This document shows positions 19,311 through 29,725 of a DNA stretch of 64,000 nt, one piece after another (the stretch's first letter is position 1; every line of letters begins with the position of its first letter). The DNA comes from a virus. Its lineage: Duplodnaviria > Caudoviricetes. The stretch covers positions 96,001 to 160,000 of the IMG/VR virus record IMGVR_UViG_3300014204_000113. The stretch is one strand, 5' to 3'. Made by a program: the position numbers and the translations under genes. Under the pieces are notes generated by a model, which was given only the letters and a program-made list of their open reading frames with translations, was not told where the DNA came from and searched no databases.

Positions 19311-20330
19311 ATGCTCCGAGACCTAGCAATAGTAATACCAACATACAACCGTTCCGCTTTGCTGAACAGAGCATTGTCATTTTATGAAAGAAGCAAATTT
19401 ACTGGATGTATTTATGTGATCGATGGTTCTGATAAAGAAAATGCAAAATTAAACAAAGAACATATAGATAATAAAAATCTAAGAATAAAGTATTTTTATA
19501 ACCAAGAAAGCACCAATGAAGTTATAAGAATGTCAAGAATCAATCATACCATAATAGAAAAATATGTCACTTTTGCTGGTGACGACGATTTTCAACTTCC
19601 TTTAGGTTTGGCACATTGTGTTCATTTTCTAAATAACAATAAAGATTATGATGTTTGTTTTGGGATTAAATTCAACTTTATAATGGAAAATGACAGACCT
19701 AAAATGAATGGATTAAATCTAGGTCATGATTGGGATTACAACAGTCCGTCACAAAGATTTCTTGAATACATGATGACAGGAAATTCAACTAATTATTCTG
19801 TCCATAGAAGATTTATATGGGATAGACTTTTTGACAATATAGATATACCAATTAGATATATAGGTACAGAATTAGTTATGTGTTCAACCACTGCCATCTT
19901 ATCCAGAATAAAAAGATTAAATAGAATAGTCACTTTATATGAAGATAGCGGCTTAAGTTGGCCTCATGAAAAATGCGATACTGGATGTGATTTGCCACCT
20001 ATGTTTCAATTGGTTCATTCTTATGAATGGATAGAATCAGTAGAAAAATTTAGAAATTATATAGTTGATTTATTGATGAAAACAGAAAATTTATCAAAAT
20101 ATGATGCAACGCATATATTTAATAAGGGGTTTGCATTTAGATTGTATTCAATGTTAGAAGGCCAATTTTGTTATAAATATGGGAAAGAATTTACAGAAGG
20201 ACATAAAGAATTTGTTAGGCAAGCAAATAAAGAAAGAGATACTGGAAGAGTTGTTCTATTTGAAGATGATTTAAAATTCATAGAAAAAAATGTTGGTATG
20301 GATGTTAGCTGTTTAAATTTAAAAAGTTGA
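19311..20330 (+). CDS. GT-A fold glycosyltransferase (TIGR00180-like), paralog 1
   Basis: IPTYNR, IDGS, FAGDDDF. Confidence 0.8.
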   Translation: MLRDLAIVIPTYNRSALLNRALSFYERSKFTGCIYVIDGSDKENAKLNKEHIDNKNLRIKYFYNQESTNEVIRMSRINHTIIEKYVTFAGDDDFQLPLGLAHCVHFLNNNKDYDVCFGIKFNFIMENDRPKMNGLNLGHDWDYNSPSQRFLEYMMTGNSTNYSVHRRFIWDRLFDNIDIPIRYIGTELVMCSTTAILSRIKRLNRIVTLYEDSGLSWPHEKCDTGCDLPPMFQLVHSYEWIESVEKFRNYIVDLLMKTENLSKYDATHIFNKGFAFRLYSMLEGQFCYKYGKEFTEGHKEFVRQANKERDTGRVVLFEDDLKFIEKNVGMDVSCLNLKS

Positions 20331-20340
20331 TTAAATGAAT

Positions 20341-20415
20341 TTTGGTCCGGTATGGTTTGGTGAGGTATGGTGAGGTGCGGTAAGGTGAGGTCAGGTTTGG
20401 TGGGGTAAGGTATGG
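20341..20415 (+). repeat. Array A2a: 15 pentamer units GGT+NN (candidate guide RNA)
   Basis: TTTGG TCCGG TATGG TTTGG TGAGG TATGG TGAGG TGCGG TAAGG TGAGG TCAGG TTTGG TGGGG TAAGG TATGG. Confidence 0.95.
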
Positions 20416-20442
20416 GTTTCAACTATCTTCAAAGTTTTGCTT

Positions 20443-20522
20443 TTTGGTATGGTCAGGTATGGTTAGGTAAGGTATGGTACGGTTCGGCGGGGTTTGGTTC
20501 GGTAAGGTAAGGTATGGTAAGG
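20443..20522 (+). repeat. Array A2b: 16 pentamer units GGY+NN (candidate guide RNA)
   Basis: TTTGG TATGG TCAGG TATGG TTAGG TAAGG TATGG TACGG TTCGG CGGGG TTTGG TTCGG TAAGG TAAGG TATGG TAAGG. Confidence 0.95.
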
Positions 20523-20549
20523 TAGATGGGAGAGTCTATCTCCCATCTA
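20523..20549 (+). terminator. 11-bp hairpin closing array A2b
   Basis: TAGATGGGAGA-gtcta-TCTCCCATCTA, then AATTTTAAAC. Confidence 0.75.
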
Positions 20550-20568
20550 AATTTTAAACGGAGGAATA

Positions 20569-22179
20569 ATGCGCGTTCTTTTTGTGAATGAAAAATGGGT
20601 CCGCAACGATCCGACTTTACGAGAGGCAAGAGGCACAGTAGAAAGCTACCTAGAAAGCGGTTTTGGCACGGCATCAGAATTTCATTGCGATGAATATTTT
20701 TATAACTACAAGAGGGATTGGAATTTTCCTCTGATAGAAAAGATAATTGAAGAAAGACCAGATGCGATTTTTTTTATGTGGATTAACAGCCAGTACAATC
20801 CTTCATTAGATGTATTTTCTATTATTCATAAAATGGGAATACCCATAGTTTGTTGGTGGGGAGATTTTTCGTTTGAAGGTTCTGTAAGAAACGCTCAAAA
20901 TTTATCTCCATTTATATCCACACATTTGATTGCAGACACTCCAATTGCTTTAACAAATGATGTCCATATAGAAAAATACAAACATATTTGGCCTACACCA
21001 ATTAACCAATTCTTTTTTAAAGGAGAAGAAAAAGACAGAATTATTCCAGTGTCTTTTCCAGGTGGAACTATTGAAGGTGGAAATAAAGGACCAAGAGAAA
21101 AGTACATAAAATATTTAATTGAAAATGGAGTAGGTGTTTTTGTGGGAGGAACAAGAAAAGAAGAAACAACTATGCAATATGCTGATACGCTTAGAAAATC
21201 TCAAATAGTCATAAACTTTTCACCTCTAGGTCAATATGGTTGCCCGTTGAAAGGAAGGTCTTTTGAAGCGATATGGTGTGGCTCTTTATTGATGGAGCCG
21301 TCTGGTTCCTTTCTTGAATACCATTTTACACCATATTCTGATTATATTCCTTATGATAATGAAAATGATTTATTAAATAAGATCAGATATTTTAGCGCAA
21401 ATAAGGAAGAAAGAGAATCAATCGCAAATCGTGGACATGAAAGAGCAATTCAAAAATACAACCCATTTTCTTTTTGGAATAAAATATTTAATGATTATTT
21501 AATTCCATATGATTTACATCTTGATATGCAGAATATACGCGGATTATTGGATTTCTTCATCTCTAAAAAGAAAGAAGTCTTTTGTAATGATTTTGTTTTC
21601 ATTAAAGAAATTTCATATTTAATTGAAAACTTGAATATCAAAGAATTTTGGGAAACTGGAAGTTATTTGGGTCATTCAACTGATTTCATCAAAAGTTTAT
21701 TCCCAAAATTGGACGTGTTCAGTTGCGACATTCACGAAGGCTATCTTGAAACAGCAAAAAATAATTGTCCTTTGGTAGATTACAAACTAATTGATTCTGT
21801 TAATTTTCTAAAAGAAAGAATTGACAATTATTCTGTCCCAACTTTTGTTTTTCTCGATGCACATGGTCATGGTGGTGGTTTGCCATTAGAAAAAGAATTG
21901 CAACTGATAGGGAATTCTGAAAAGAAATATGTACTATGTATTCATGATTGCAGACTTCCGAAAAGACCTATTTTTGGATGGGATAATTATAATGGAGTTG
22001 ATATTTCTGTTGAACTAATAGAAAAGGTTTTGAAGAAAACTGATTGTATTTTTGATATCTTTATACCATCAAATATTTATAATCATGACCCGCTAAGAGG
22101 AAGATGTTATGTTTTCGTAAATTGGTTTGAAAATTATACTATTGATTCTAAACTATTTACAAAATTGGAGGATATTTAA
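20569..22179 (+). CDS. Fusion of a CgeB-like GT-B glycosyltransferase and a SAM-dependent methyltransferase-like domain
   Basis: YADTLRKSQIVINF...KGRSFEAIWCG...IANRG (Glyco_trans_1_2-like); C-terminal WETGSYLGHST and FLDAHG. Confidence 0.75.
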   Translation: MRVLFVNEKWVRNDPTLREARGTVESYLESGFGTASEFHCDEYFYNYKRDWNFPLIEKIIEERPDAIFFMWINSQYNPSLDVFSIIHKMGIPIVCWWGDFSFEGSVRNAQNLSPFISTHLIADTPIALTNDVHIEKYKHIWPTPINQFFFKGEEKDRIIPVSFPGGTIEGGNKGPREKYIKYLIENGVGVFVGGTRKEETTMQYADTLRKSQIVINFSPLGQYGCPLKGRSFEAIWCGSLLMEPSGSFLEYHFTPYSDYIPYDNENDLLNKIRYFSANKEERESIANRGHERAIQKYNPFSFWNKIFNDYLIPYDLHLDMQNIRGLLDFFISKKKEVFCNDFVFIKEISYLIENLNIKEFWETGSYLGHSTDFIKSLFPKLDVFSCDIHEGYLETAKNNCPLVDYKLIDSVNFLKERIDNYSVPTFVFLDAHGHGGGLPLEKELQLIGNSEKKYVLCIHDCRLPKRPIFGWDNYNGVDISVELIEKVLKKTDCIFDIFIPSNIYNHDPLRGRCYVFVNWFENYTIDSKLFTKLEDI

Positions 22180-23156
22180 TGATTGGCGTTTTTATACCCA
22201 CTTGCAATAGGCCAGAGTTTTTGCAAAGAGCATTATTGTATTATAATAGCAAATCTGAATTCTTACAAAATGTAGTTTTTCATCTATATGATGGTTCTAG
22301 TAAAGAATCTTATAACTTAAATAAAAAAGAAGTTAGAAAATACAAAAATTTAAACATAAACCATGTATGGTATGAAAATCAGAAAAATGAATTTCACAGA
22401 CTTATAGAATCGACTAAAAACATTCAAGAAGAGTATATTTTACAAGTAGGTGATGATGATTTTATAATTGTTGAAAGTCTTAAACCAGCACAGATATTTT
22501 TAGACTCAAATAAAGATTATGTTGCTTGTAGTGGTTTAAGAATGTCTTTTGTATTGGAAAATCCTGATGAAAAACAAACCAAAGGAACTAACCTTCACAT
22601 AACAAGGTCTGTACCAGGACCATATTGGCCTGTTAATGACCCTATAGGATGTTTTAGGTCGTATATGAGAAGTGGAATTCCAATGCAACACTTTCTTGTC
22701 AGAAATGAAGTATATAAGAAAATGTATGCGCATTTGGAAAGAGAAGAATTTAAAACGCCATTACTATCCCAAGATTTGCTTCCTTGCGCGATTCTGTCTT
22801 TAAGCGGCAATATCAAAAGATTGGATTTTGTTTTTTCATTTGCGCGCCAAGAAAGCAACTTGTCTACATATAAATATTTAGACGAGATAATGACTGATGA
22901 TAGTTTTTCTAATAACTTTGTGTTGACTAAAGAATTATTAGTAGATAAGATTAAAGATTTTGTAGGATTGGATGAAGCAAAAAAGATAGTTGATGGCGAA
23001 TTTGTAATAAGATTTATTCAATTGCTAGAATGGACTAGAGATGTAAAATATAAACCGCAAGGAAGGTATCCATTAGAAGGGCATGATTTTATTCCTTCTA
23101 CCCAAGTTTATTATCACAATATAATTAAAGAATTATTTCAATTGTGTAAGAGGTAA
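22179..23156 (+). CDS. GT-A fold glycosyltransferase (TIGR00180-like), paralog 2
   Basis: IPTCNR, YDGS, VGDDDF. Confidence 0.8.
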   Translation: MIGVFIPTCNRPEFLQRALLYYNSKSEFLQNVVFHLYDGSSKESYNLNKKEVRKYKNLNINHVWYENQKNEFHRLIESTKNIQEEYILQVGDDDFIIVESLKPAQIFLDSNKDYVACSGLRMSFVLENPDEKQTKGTNLHITRSVPGPYWPVNDPIGCFRSYMRSGIPMQHFLVRNEVYKKMYAHLEREEFKTPLLSQDLLPCAILSLSGNIKRLDFVFSFARQESNLSTYKYLDEIMTDDSFSNNFVLTKELLVDKIKDFVGLDEAKKIVDGEFVIRFIQLLEWTRDVKYKPQGRYPLEGHDFIPSTQVYYHNIIKELFQLCKR

Positions 23157-23162
23157 TTTATT

Positions 23163-24518
23163 TTGTTAAATGTATTATTGATAAATCCACAAACACCCAA
23201 TTATATATCTAACAAAGAATACATAATGCCTCCTTCTTTGTTGCATTTGTCTCATCATTTGCAATCCACCATGACTGCGAATGTGGATATATTGGATTAC
23301 AATACTTGGAGAGCAGCGCCTTTACATTCCATAGATAATTTTGATGAATATGATTATGTTGGAATAACTAATCTATTTTCTGGACATTTCCAATCAACAA
23401 TGGAAATTGCCAAAACAATCAAAGAAAAAAGTCCCAAAACAAAGATTGTTGTTGGCGGAATACATCCAACTATTTTTCATAAAGACATTATAGATAATTG
23501 CGAATATATAGATTATGTTATTATAGGCGAAGGCGAATATTCATTCAGAAAATTATTGACTAACGAATCTACTGATGGTATTTGTTATAGAGTTGGCAAG
23601 AAAACTTTTGTAGAACCAAAAACTTGTTTCATAGAAGATATTAATACTGTAGCTCCTCCAATATTGGGTTATCAAAGTATTGATTTTAACGACTATGCTT
23701 ATAGTAGAAATTTTTGGTATAATCCAAAAGGCTTTGATTTAACACATTCTGTCGAAGTACCGATTTTAACTAGCAGAAGTTGTCCAAACAGGTGTAATTT
23801 TTGTTCTATGTTTTTGGTGATGGGACCAAAAATAAGATTGAGAAATCCATATATAGTAGTTAATGAAATAGAATGGCTGTATAGAGAACATGGTGTTGTG
23901 ATGTTCACCATGATGGATGACAATATCACTTTGGTTAAATCACATATTACGACTATCTGTAAAGAAATAATAAAGCGAAAATTAGATATATCTTGGCAAA
24001 CACCAAATGGGTTGATGATAAGAACATTAACACCAGATGTGATAGACCTTATGGTGAGTAGTGGATGGTATCGTTCAATGATTGCTATTGAGTCTGGTAA
24101 TAGTTATATCAGAAACGAAGTGATGGGCAAGAGGGTTTCTGATAAAGACATTTATAAAGTGGTGGAATATATAAAGAAAAAACATAATCATGTTTTTCTT
24201 CGTGGCCTTTATATCATGGGGATGGCTGAAGACGATGGGACAACACTGCAAGACTCATTGGACATGATAAAAAACTTACAAACTAATACTGATTCAGTTG
24301 CTAATATCATGCCATTTCCAAAAACGAAAGTATTTGAACAAGCGGTGAGAGACAATTTATTTTTTGAAGATGTAGATATTAAAAATTTGTGGCGAGAAGA
24401 AAGGCTTGATTACAATGACAATAAAAAGTTTATAATAAAACCCTATAAAATGACTTTAGAAGAATTAAAAGATTGGAGGGTTAAATTTGATACAGCAATT
24501 AAAAATAAAAGCAAATGA
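23163..24518 (+). CDS. B12-binding radical SAM protein (class B methylase-like)
   Basis: VVGGIHPT, GEGE, SRSCPNRCNFC (CxxxCxxC), DDN, IESG. Confidence 0.9.
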   Translation: MLNVLLINPQTPNYISNKEYIMPPSLLHLSHHLQSTMTANVDILDYNTWRAAPLHSIDNFDEYDYVGITNLFSGHFQSTMEIAKTIKEKSPKTKIVVGGIHPTIFHKDIIDNCEYIDYVIIGEGEYSFRKLLTNESTDGICYRVGKKTFVEPKTCFIEDINTVAPPILGYQSIDFNDYAYSRNFWYNPKGFDLTHSVEVPILTSRSCPNRCNFCSMFLVMGPKIRLRNPYIVVNEIEWLYREHGVVMFTMMDDNITLVKSHITTICKEIIKRKLDISWQTPNGLMIRTLTPDVIDLMVSSGWYRSMIAIESGNSYIRNEVMGKRVSDKDIYKVVEYIKKKHNHVFLRGLYIMGMAEDDGTTLQDSLDMIKNLQTNTDSVANIMPFPKTKVFEQAVRDNLFFEDVDIKNLWREERLDYNDNKKFIIKPYKMTLEELKDWRVKFDTAIKNKSK

Positions 24519-25215
24519 AGTTCGAAAACAAGTTCTTGAAAATTGCTATCTATACAAAAACAGCCATTTGTCATCCTGTCTCTCTGTGGTGGACATTATT
24601 TCAACATTATATTTTGGTGACTTTATTGGTGAAGGACTTGGGAAGTTAATTCTCTCTAAAGGCCATGCCAATGAAACTTTATCTACTGTTTTAGAAATGA
24701 TGGGGATGCAAGGAGTAAGACATAGCGATCATCCAGAATTTGGAAATATTGGGATCGAAACAACAACAGGCTCATTGGGTCAAGGACTTGGAATTGCTTG
24801 CGGGATAGCCTTAGCTAATAAAATTAATAATTCCAATGAAAGAGTTTATGTTCTTTGTGGAGACGGGGAAATGATGGAAGGTCTCAGCCAAGAAGCCATC
24901 CACTCTATTTATGATTTAGATTTACCTATTAAAGTATTGATAGACAAAAATTGGTATGCTTCTGAAAGACAACCAAGTTCTTTGTTATTTGGAACGGTAT
25001 TAAAAACAATGATAGATGGGCATGATATAGAAGAAATATATGATGCCTTACAAACAGATGAAAAAGTCATTATATGCGACACTACAAAAGCGTTTGGACT
25101 TCATCGGATACACGATATAAATATAATAAATTGGGATATGATCCACTATTTAACCCCTAGCGAGAAAAATATAAATGAATTTAGGAAACAATTAAATGAC
25201 TACTCAAAGAGATAG
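24487..25215 (+). CDS. Transketolase-like TPP enzyme, N-terminal subunit
   Basis: HLSSCLS, LSKGHA, TGSLGQG, GDGEMMEG TPP motif, DGHD. Confidence 0.88.
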   Translation: MIQQLKIKANEVRKQVLENCYLYKNSHLSSCLSVVDIISTLYFGDFIGEGLGKLILSKGHANETLSTVLEMMGMQGVRHSDHPEFGNIGIETTTGSLGQGLGIACGIALANKINNSNERVYVLCGDGEMMEGLSQEAIHSIYDLDLPIKVLIDKNWYASERQPSSLLFGTVLKTMIDGHDIEEIYDALQTDEKVIICDTTKAFGLHRIHDINIINWDMIHYLTPSEKNINEFRKQLNDYSKR

Positions 25216-26032
25216 ATTTTTCCAAACGATAGGTAACGCGTATAATTCCGGCAGGAATGATTTAGTAATTCTAACTGCTGATATGGGAGCAAAAGCCCTA
25301 AACAAATTTAAAAAAGACCCAAACTTTCTTATCAATACAGGGCCTTGTGAGCAGTTAGTAATCTCTATGGGGGCTGGATTAGCATTACAGAAAAAACATC
25401 CTTATTGTTATGGCATCACACCATTTATTTCTTTAAGAGCATTAGAACAAATAAGAATAATGTGTTCTATGAATTTACCTGTAACTATAGTAGGAGTAGG
25501 AGCAGGCTTATCATATGACACGGCAGGGTTGACTCATCATGCGACAGAAGATTTGAACATAATTCGTTGCATCCCAAATATAACTATTTGTAATGTTTCT
25601 TCTTTAGAGATGGCGGAATATTATGCAAAAGTTTCTTTGGATTTTGACAAACCTCTGTATATCAGGCTCGATAAATATTCCACACACCTTGATAATGTAA
25701 CTGATTATGGTTGGAAGATAATCAAATATCCTAAGAAGAATTATCCATTTGTTGTTGCCACAGGTACTATTGTTGATTATTTATGGAGAAACTTGTCATA
25801 TGATTATGGTTTCATGGAGATATTTCAATTTCCTATTGATGAAAGAGTGGTCTCTTGTATCTTAAAGAATTTTGATGTTATTTCCGTTGAAGAAGGGTAC
25901 AAAGTAGGAGGATTGGGTGATTCGTTATCTTTTCTTCCTGATGTAAAGAAAATTGGTTTCAATAACTTCTGTGAAGCTAAACCAAGAGAAGAGTATTGGA
26001 AAATTTTACTAAGAGAGGTATTAAATGCTTAA
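25196..26032 (+). CDS. Transketolase-like enzyme, C-terminal (pyrimidine-binding) subunit
   Basis: LTADMG, GPCEQ, RALEQIR, GLTHHATED, EEGYKVGGLG. Confidence 0.88.
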   Translation: MTTQRDRFFQTIGNAYNSGRNDLVILTADMGAKALNKFKKDPNFLINTGPCEQLVISMGAGLALQKKHPYCYGITPFISLRALEQIRIMCSMNLPVTIVGVGAGLSYDTAGLTHHATEDLNIIRCIPNITICNVSSLEMAEYYAKVSLDFDKPLYIRLDKYSTHLDNVTDYGWKIIKYPKKNYPFVVATGTIVDYLWRNLSYDYGFMEIFQFPIDERVVSCILKNFDVISVEEGYKVGGLGDSLSFLPDVKKIGFNNFCEAKPREEYWKILLREVLNA

Positions 26033-27674
26033 AGACTCATTGACTCTTTACATTCCTACAATGAATCGCTCACAATTTCTCAATCGTTCCTTAAAATATT
26101 ATAATAACGTGAAATTTGATGGTACGATTCTCATTGGTGACAGCAGCAACAAAGAAGAAAAAAAGTTAAACGAAGAAGTAATAAATAAATATCCAGATTT
26201 AGATATTAATTACCATCATTTAAAACTCCCATCTGACCATCACGACGCATTAAAGACAAACCGACTTTTGGATAAAATTAAAACGCCATATATAACTTTT
26301 GCTGGCGATGATGATTTTCAAATACCTAACGGTCTTAAAATGTGTACTGAATTTCTTAATTATTCACCAGATTATGTTGCAGCACATGGTCATAGATTAA
26401 ATTTTACGATAGATAATACAGTAAATGGAAATGTTATAGCCTTGGATTCACACCCAGGATATGATTGGACTAATGAAGATGACCCAATTAAAAGATGGCA
26501 AGAATATCTGAGATGTGGAGTAGCTACTACATATTATGTACATAGGACAGAAAATTGGAAAAAGTATTATTCCTATTCACATCTAGCTAAAAGCAATTAC
26601 ATTGGTAATGAATTGATTCCATGTTCTTTATGTGTCTTGTCTGGTAAAATTAAAAGAATTGAATGTTTATCCACGGCATTTCAAAGAGATAATCCTATTA
26701 GAGAATTTTCATTTGTTAAGACTACTTTATGGGATTTGATTAATGGCGAATATTGGAGAGATTCTGTAAGGTTTTTTGAAGAAGCAGTTACGTCTATATT
26801 GTCTGATAAATTTGAAGTTAAACAAATTAAAGAATTGTTTTATCAAGAATTTTGGTATCACTGTCTGTTGATTATGAATGGGCAATTCAATGGCAGATAT
26901 GGTGAAAAAAAAGATGAACCAACTACACGAATTTTAGACTTATCTACCATGAGTGAAGATGACGATTTCTATCCGATCCATCAAGTTTTGATAGAAAATT
27001 CTAATGCTGAAATTCTTAGTAATTATTTGAAGAAGATACAAAAATTGGATATAAGAGAAGGTTCAACAAATGACGATTTTATGACATTAATAAACTTAGC
27101 AAAATCTGTGGAAAAGAATGGGATACAAGCAGTGGAAATTGGTTCTTGGAAAGGTGGGACTGCTGGCGCAATAGGACAAGTGGTTAAGGAAAATAAAGGT
27201 AAGTTGTATTGTTGCGACCCTTGGGCGAACGAAACTTGCGATGCAGACCATTCAGATATATTGGAAATATTTAAAAAGAATATCTCTGAATTAGAGTTAG
27301 AAGACAATGTTGTTATTATAAGAGAGCCATCACGAGAAGCGTTTAAACATTTTGAAGATGAATCTCTTGATATTGTGTTTCTGGATGGGCTTCATATGTA
27401 TCCATATATTTATCCTGATGTTGAAAACTTCTATCCTAAAGTCAAGAAAGGCGGAATAATTGCTGGACATGATTTAAATGTACGATATGAAACTCTTAAT
27501 AGTGAACAATGGAAAGAAATAGATGAAAATATAAATGTTAATTGTGTCACTGTTAAATCATTAGGTAGACAAGTCCATTGCGGAGTAGCAAGGGCTGTTT
27601 ATGACTACTTTGGCAGTGATTATAATTCTTCTGACAACCCAATGAACGCGGTTTGGTGGGTGGTAAAAGAATAA
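26025..27674 (+). CDS. GT-A glycosyltransferase (paralog 3) fused to a class I SAM methyltransferase
   Basis: IPTMNR, GDSS, FAGDDDF; C-terminal VEIGSWKGGT, FLDGLH, GGIIAGHD. Confidence 0.85.
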   Translation: MLKDSLTLYIPTMNRSQFLNRSLKYYNNVKFDGTILIGDSSNKEEKKLNEEVINKYPDLDINYHHLKLPSDHHDALKTNRLLDKIKTPYITFAGDDDFQIPNGLKMCTEFLNYSPDYVAAHGHRLNFTIDNTVNGNVIALDSHPGYDWTNEDDPIKRWQEYLRCGVATTYYVHRTENWKKYYSYSHLAKSNYIGNELIPCSLCVLSGKIKRIECLSTAFQRDNPIREFSFVKTTLWDLINGEYWRDSVRFFEEAVTSILSDKFEVKQIKELFYQEFWYHCLLIMNGQFNGRYGEKKDEPTTRILDLSTMSEDDDFYPIHQVLIENSNAEILSNYLKKIQKLDIREGSTNDDFMTLINLAKSVEKNGIQAVEIGSWKGGTAGAIGQVVKENKGKLYCCDPWANETCDADHSDILEIFKKNISELELEDNVVIIREPSREAFKHFEDESLDIVFLDGLHMYPYIYPDVENFYPKVKKGGIIAGHDLNVRYETLNSEQWKEIDENINVNCVTVKSLGRQVHCGVARAVYDYFGSDYNSSDNPMNAVWWVVKE

Positions 27675-27886
27675 ATGAACACTTATATATTTTTTAGAGA
27701 ATTAAATAAATATATATTTAATGAAAAGTGCGATGAAAAAAGATCATGTAAAGATTGTGATTATCAACAATGTTGTTTCTATACTAAATGTTTGAGAAGA
27801 TATAGCAACAAACATATTTTAGAAACATTTAAAATTGTATATGATTTATAAAAAATTATTTCTAATCTACTAAGAAGGAATTATTA

Positions 27887-29272
27887 ATGATTGATTTTTT
27901 GTTTATCAAACCTGGAAATCAAAAAGTCTTATATGCAGAAACTTCTGCTTTTAATTTAACGGCAATTGAGCCTCCATTTTGGCCACTACTTCTTGCATCG
28001 TTTCTCACAAGACAAAACATTCCTTCTAGAATTATAGACTTGGAAGTCCAAAGCATTGATTCTTTGAATCACATGTTAATAGACAACAAACCAAAATTTA
28101 CAGTAATTTGTGTCAGCGGGCATAATCCAAACGCGAGTATCATGAGCATGGCTGGTTTAGATGATTTATGCAAAAATATAAAAGATGTTTGTGCAACTAC
28201 TAAAATCATTCTTCATGGTTTATATCCCTCTTCTTGTCCAACAAAAGTTTTAGAAAAACATAAATTGGTAGATGAAATTCTAATGAAGGAGGGTTTTTTA
28301 AGTCTAGGTCATTTGATGGGCTACAAAAGAACAGAACCTATATCAATAAATGATATAGGAAAAATTAATTGGTCTTTAATAGACATAGCTAAATACCGCG
28401 CTCATAATTGGCATCTGTTTGGAAACATTCACAATAGGTCTCCATATGGAATTGCTTTCACTTCTTTTGGTTGTCCTCACAATTGCGATTTTTGTTGTGT
28501 AAATTTAATGTATAGTAAAGTACAATTAAGAGATATAGATTTGGTATTCCAAGACATTAAAAATCTATATGATAGAGGCGTAAAAAATTTTAAATTTATG
28601 GACGAGTTGTTTTTAATGCACAAGGGTAGGGTACAACAATTATGCTCAATGTTAATTGCTAATAAAATGCAAGACATCAATGGTTGGGCTTACGCTAGAA
28701 CAGATTCTATAGATGAAGATATAATTACACTAATGAAAAATGCTGGAGTGAAATGGCTAGGGCTGGGTTATGAGAGTGGTTCGCAATTAATATTAGATTC
28801 TTCTGATAAAAAACAAAGTTTAAAAAAAGCATATCAAGCTACAGAAATATGCAAAAAGGTTGGGATGAATATTTGTGGTAATTTCGTATTTGGGTTGGCA
28901 GATGATAATTATGAAACCATGGAAGCCACTTCTAAATTAGCTATTGACTTACAACCAGAATGGGCTAATTATAATGTGGTTTTTGCTTTTCCTAGGACGA
29001 AGTTATATGATAAGGTGAAAAATGAGCCTTGGTTTAATGAACCAACTGAGTATGAGCAGTATTCTCAACATGGCTATTCCTGCACACCAATGGGAACAAA
29101 ATATCTTAGCCCAAAAGAAGTCTTGGAATTTAAGGATGAAGCATTCAGAGAATTTTACCAGAACGAGAATTATCTGAGGATGTTAGAGGTAAAATTTGGG
29201 GTTGAAACCAGAGAATATGTAGCAAATTCACTAATTTACTATCCAAAAAGAAAACTTTATGATTTGACCTAA
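27887..29272 (+). CDS. B12-binding radical SAM protein
   Basis: SFGCPHNCDFC, DELF, GYESG, with an N-terminal cobalamin-binding-like domain. Confidence 0.88.
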   Translation: MIDFLFIKPGNQKVLYAETSAFNLTAIEPPFWPLLLASFLTRQNIPSRIIDLEVQSIDSLNHMLIDNKPKFTVICVSGHNPNASIMSMAGLDDLCKNIKDVCATTKIILHGLYPSSCPTKVLEKHKLVDEILMKEGFLSLGHLMGYKRTEPISINDIGKINWSLIDIAKYRAHNWHLFGNIHNRSPYGIAFTSFGCPHNCDFCCVNLMYSKVQLRDIDLVFQDIKNLYDRGVKNFKFMDELFLMHKGRVQQLCSMLIANKMQDINGWAYARTDSIDEDIITLMKNAGVKWLGLGYESGSQLILDSSDKKQSLKKAYQATEICKKVGMNICGNFVFGLADDNYETMEATSKLAIDLQPEWANYNVVFAFPRTKLYDKVKNEPWFNEPTEYEQYSQHGYSCTPMGTKYLSPKEVLEFKDEAFREFYQNENYLRMLEVKFGVETREYVANSLIYYPKRKLYDLT

Positions 29273-29278
29273 AAGGAC

Positions 29279-29307
29279 TTGCTGGCCAAGAAATTTTGAA
29301 GTATAAT
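29279..29307 (+). promoter_or_regulatory. Sigma70-like promoter upstream of the segment containing array A3 and the RAMP-like gene
   Basis: TTGCTG-17 nt-TATAAT. Confidence 0.6.
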
Positions 29308-29326
29308 CTTAATAAGGAGAAGAAAT

Positions 29327-29533
29327 TTGACAGAAAAATTAATTTCAATGAAGGGTGGTAACAAACCTTCAATAACAAGAGAAACAATAAGATTAATGAA
29401 AGAGGAATTACCATACATCCTTGAATATTTTCCTATTTATGCTGAAATGACAAAAGCTAAATTTGAGGCTTTAAAAGAGAAAGGGTTTACTGAAATTCAG
29501 GCATTAGAATTGTGCAAGGGTTTTATGTTATAA
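29327..29533 (+). CDS. Hypothetical protein
   Basis: AAGGAG RBS; GFTEIQALEL motif. Confidence 0.6.
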   Translation: MTEKLISMKGGNKPSITRETIRLMKEELPYILEYFPIYAEMTKAKFEALKEKGFTEIQALELCKGFML

Positions 29534-29542
29534 GGAGAAATT

Positions 29543-29725
29543 ATGGGTGATTATGCTTTGCCTTCTATTTATGAAAGATGCGGCTGGAAAAAAGACGAGG
29601 TTTATCTTCATTCCTTGCTTGAAAGATGTGCAGAAGGACTTGCAGCAGCAACTCAATATGGCGCAGGTAATTGGTCTGAACTAATTAAAGAAATTTATAG
29701 GGTGATAAATGTCCAAGAAGACTAA
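29543..29725 (+). CDS. Hypothetical protein
   Basis: AAGGAG RBS, short ORF. Confidence 0.55.
   Translation: MGDYALPSIYERCGWKKDEVYLHSLLERCAEGLAAATQYGAGNWSELIKEIYRVINVQED

Noticed and set aside
20171-20674. Minus-strand ORFs 20171-20422 and 20453-20674 (PYPTKPDLTLPHLT..., PYLTEPNPAEPYHT...)
   Set aside because: These are antisense translations of arrays A2a/A2b; the 5-residue periodicity comes from the pentamer repeat, and they overlap real + strand genes.
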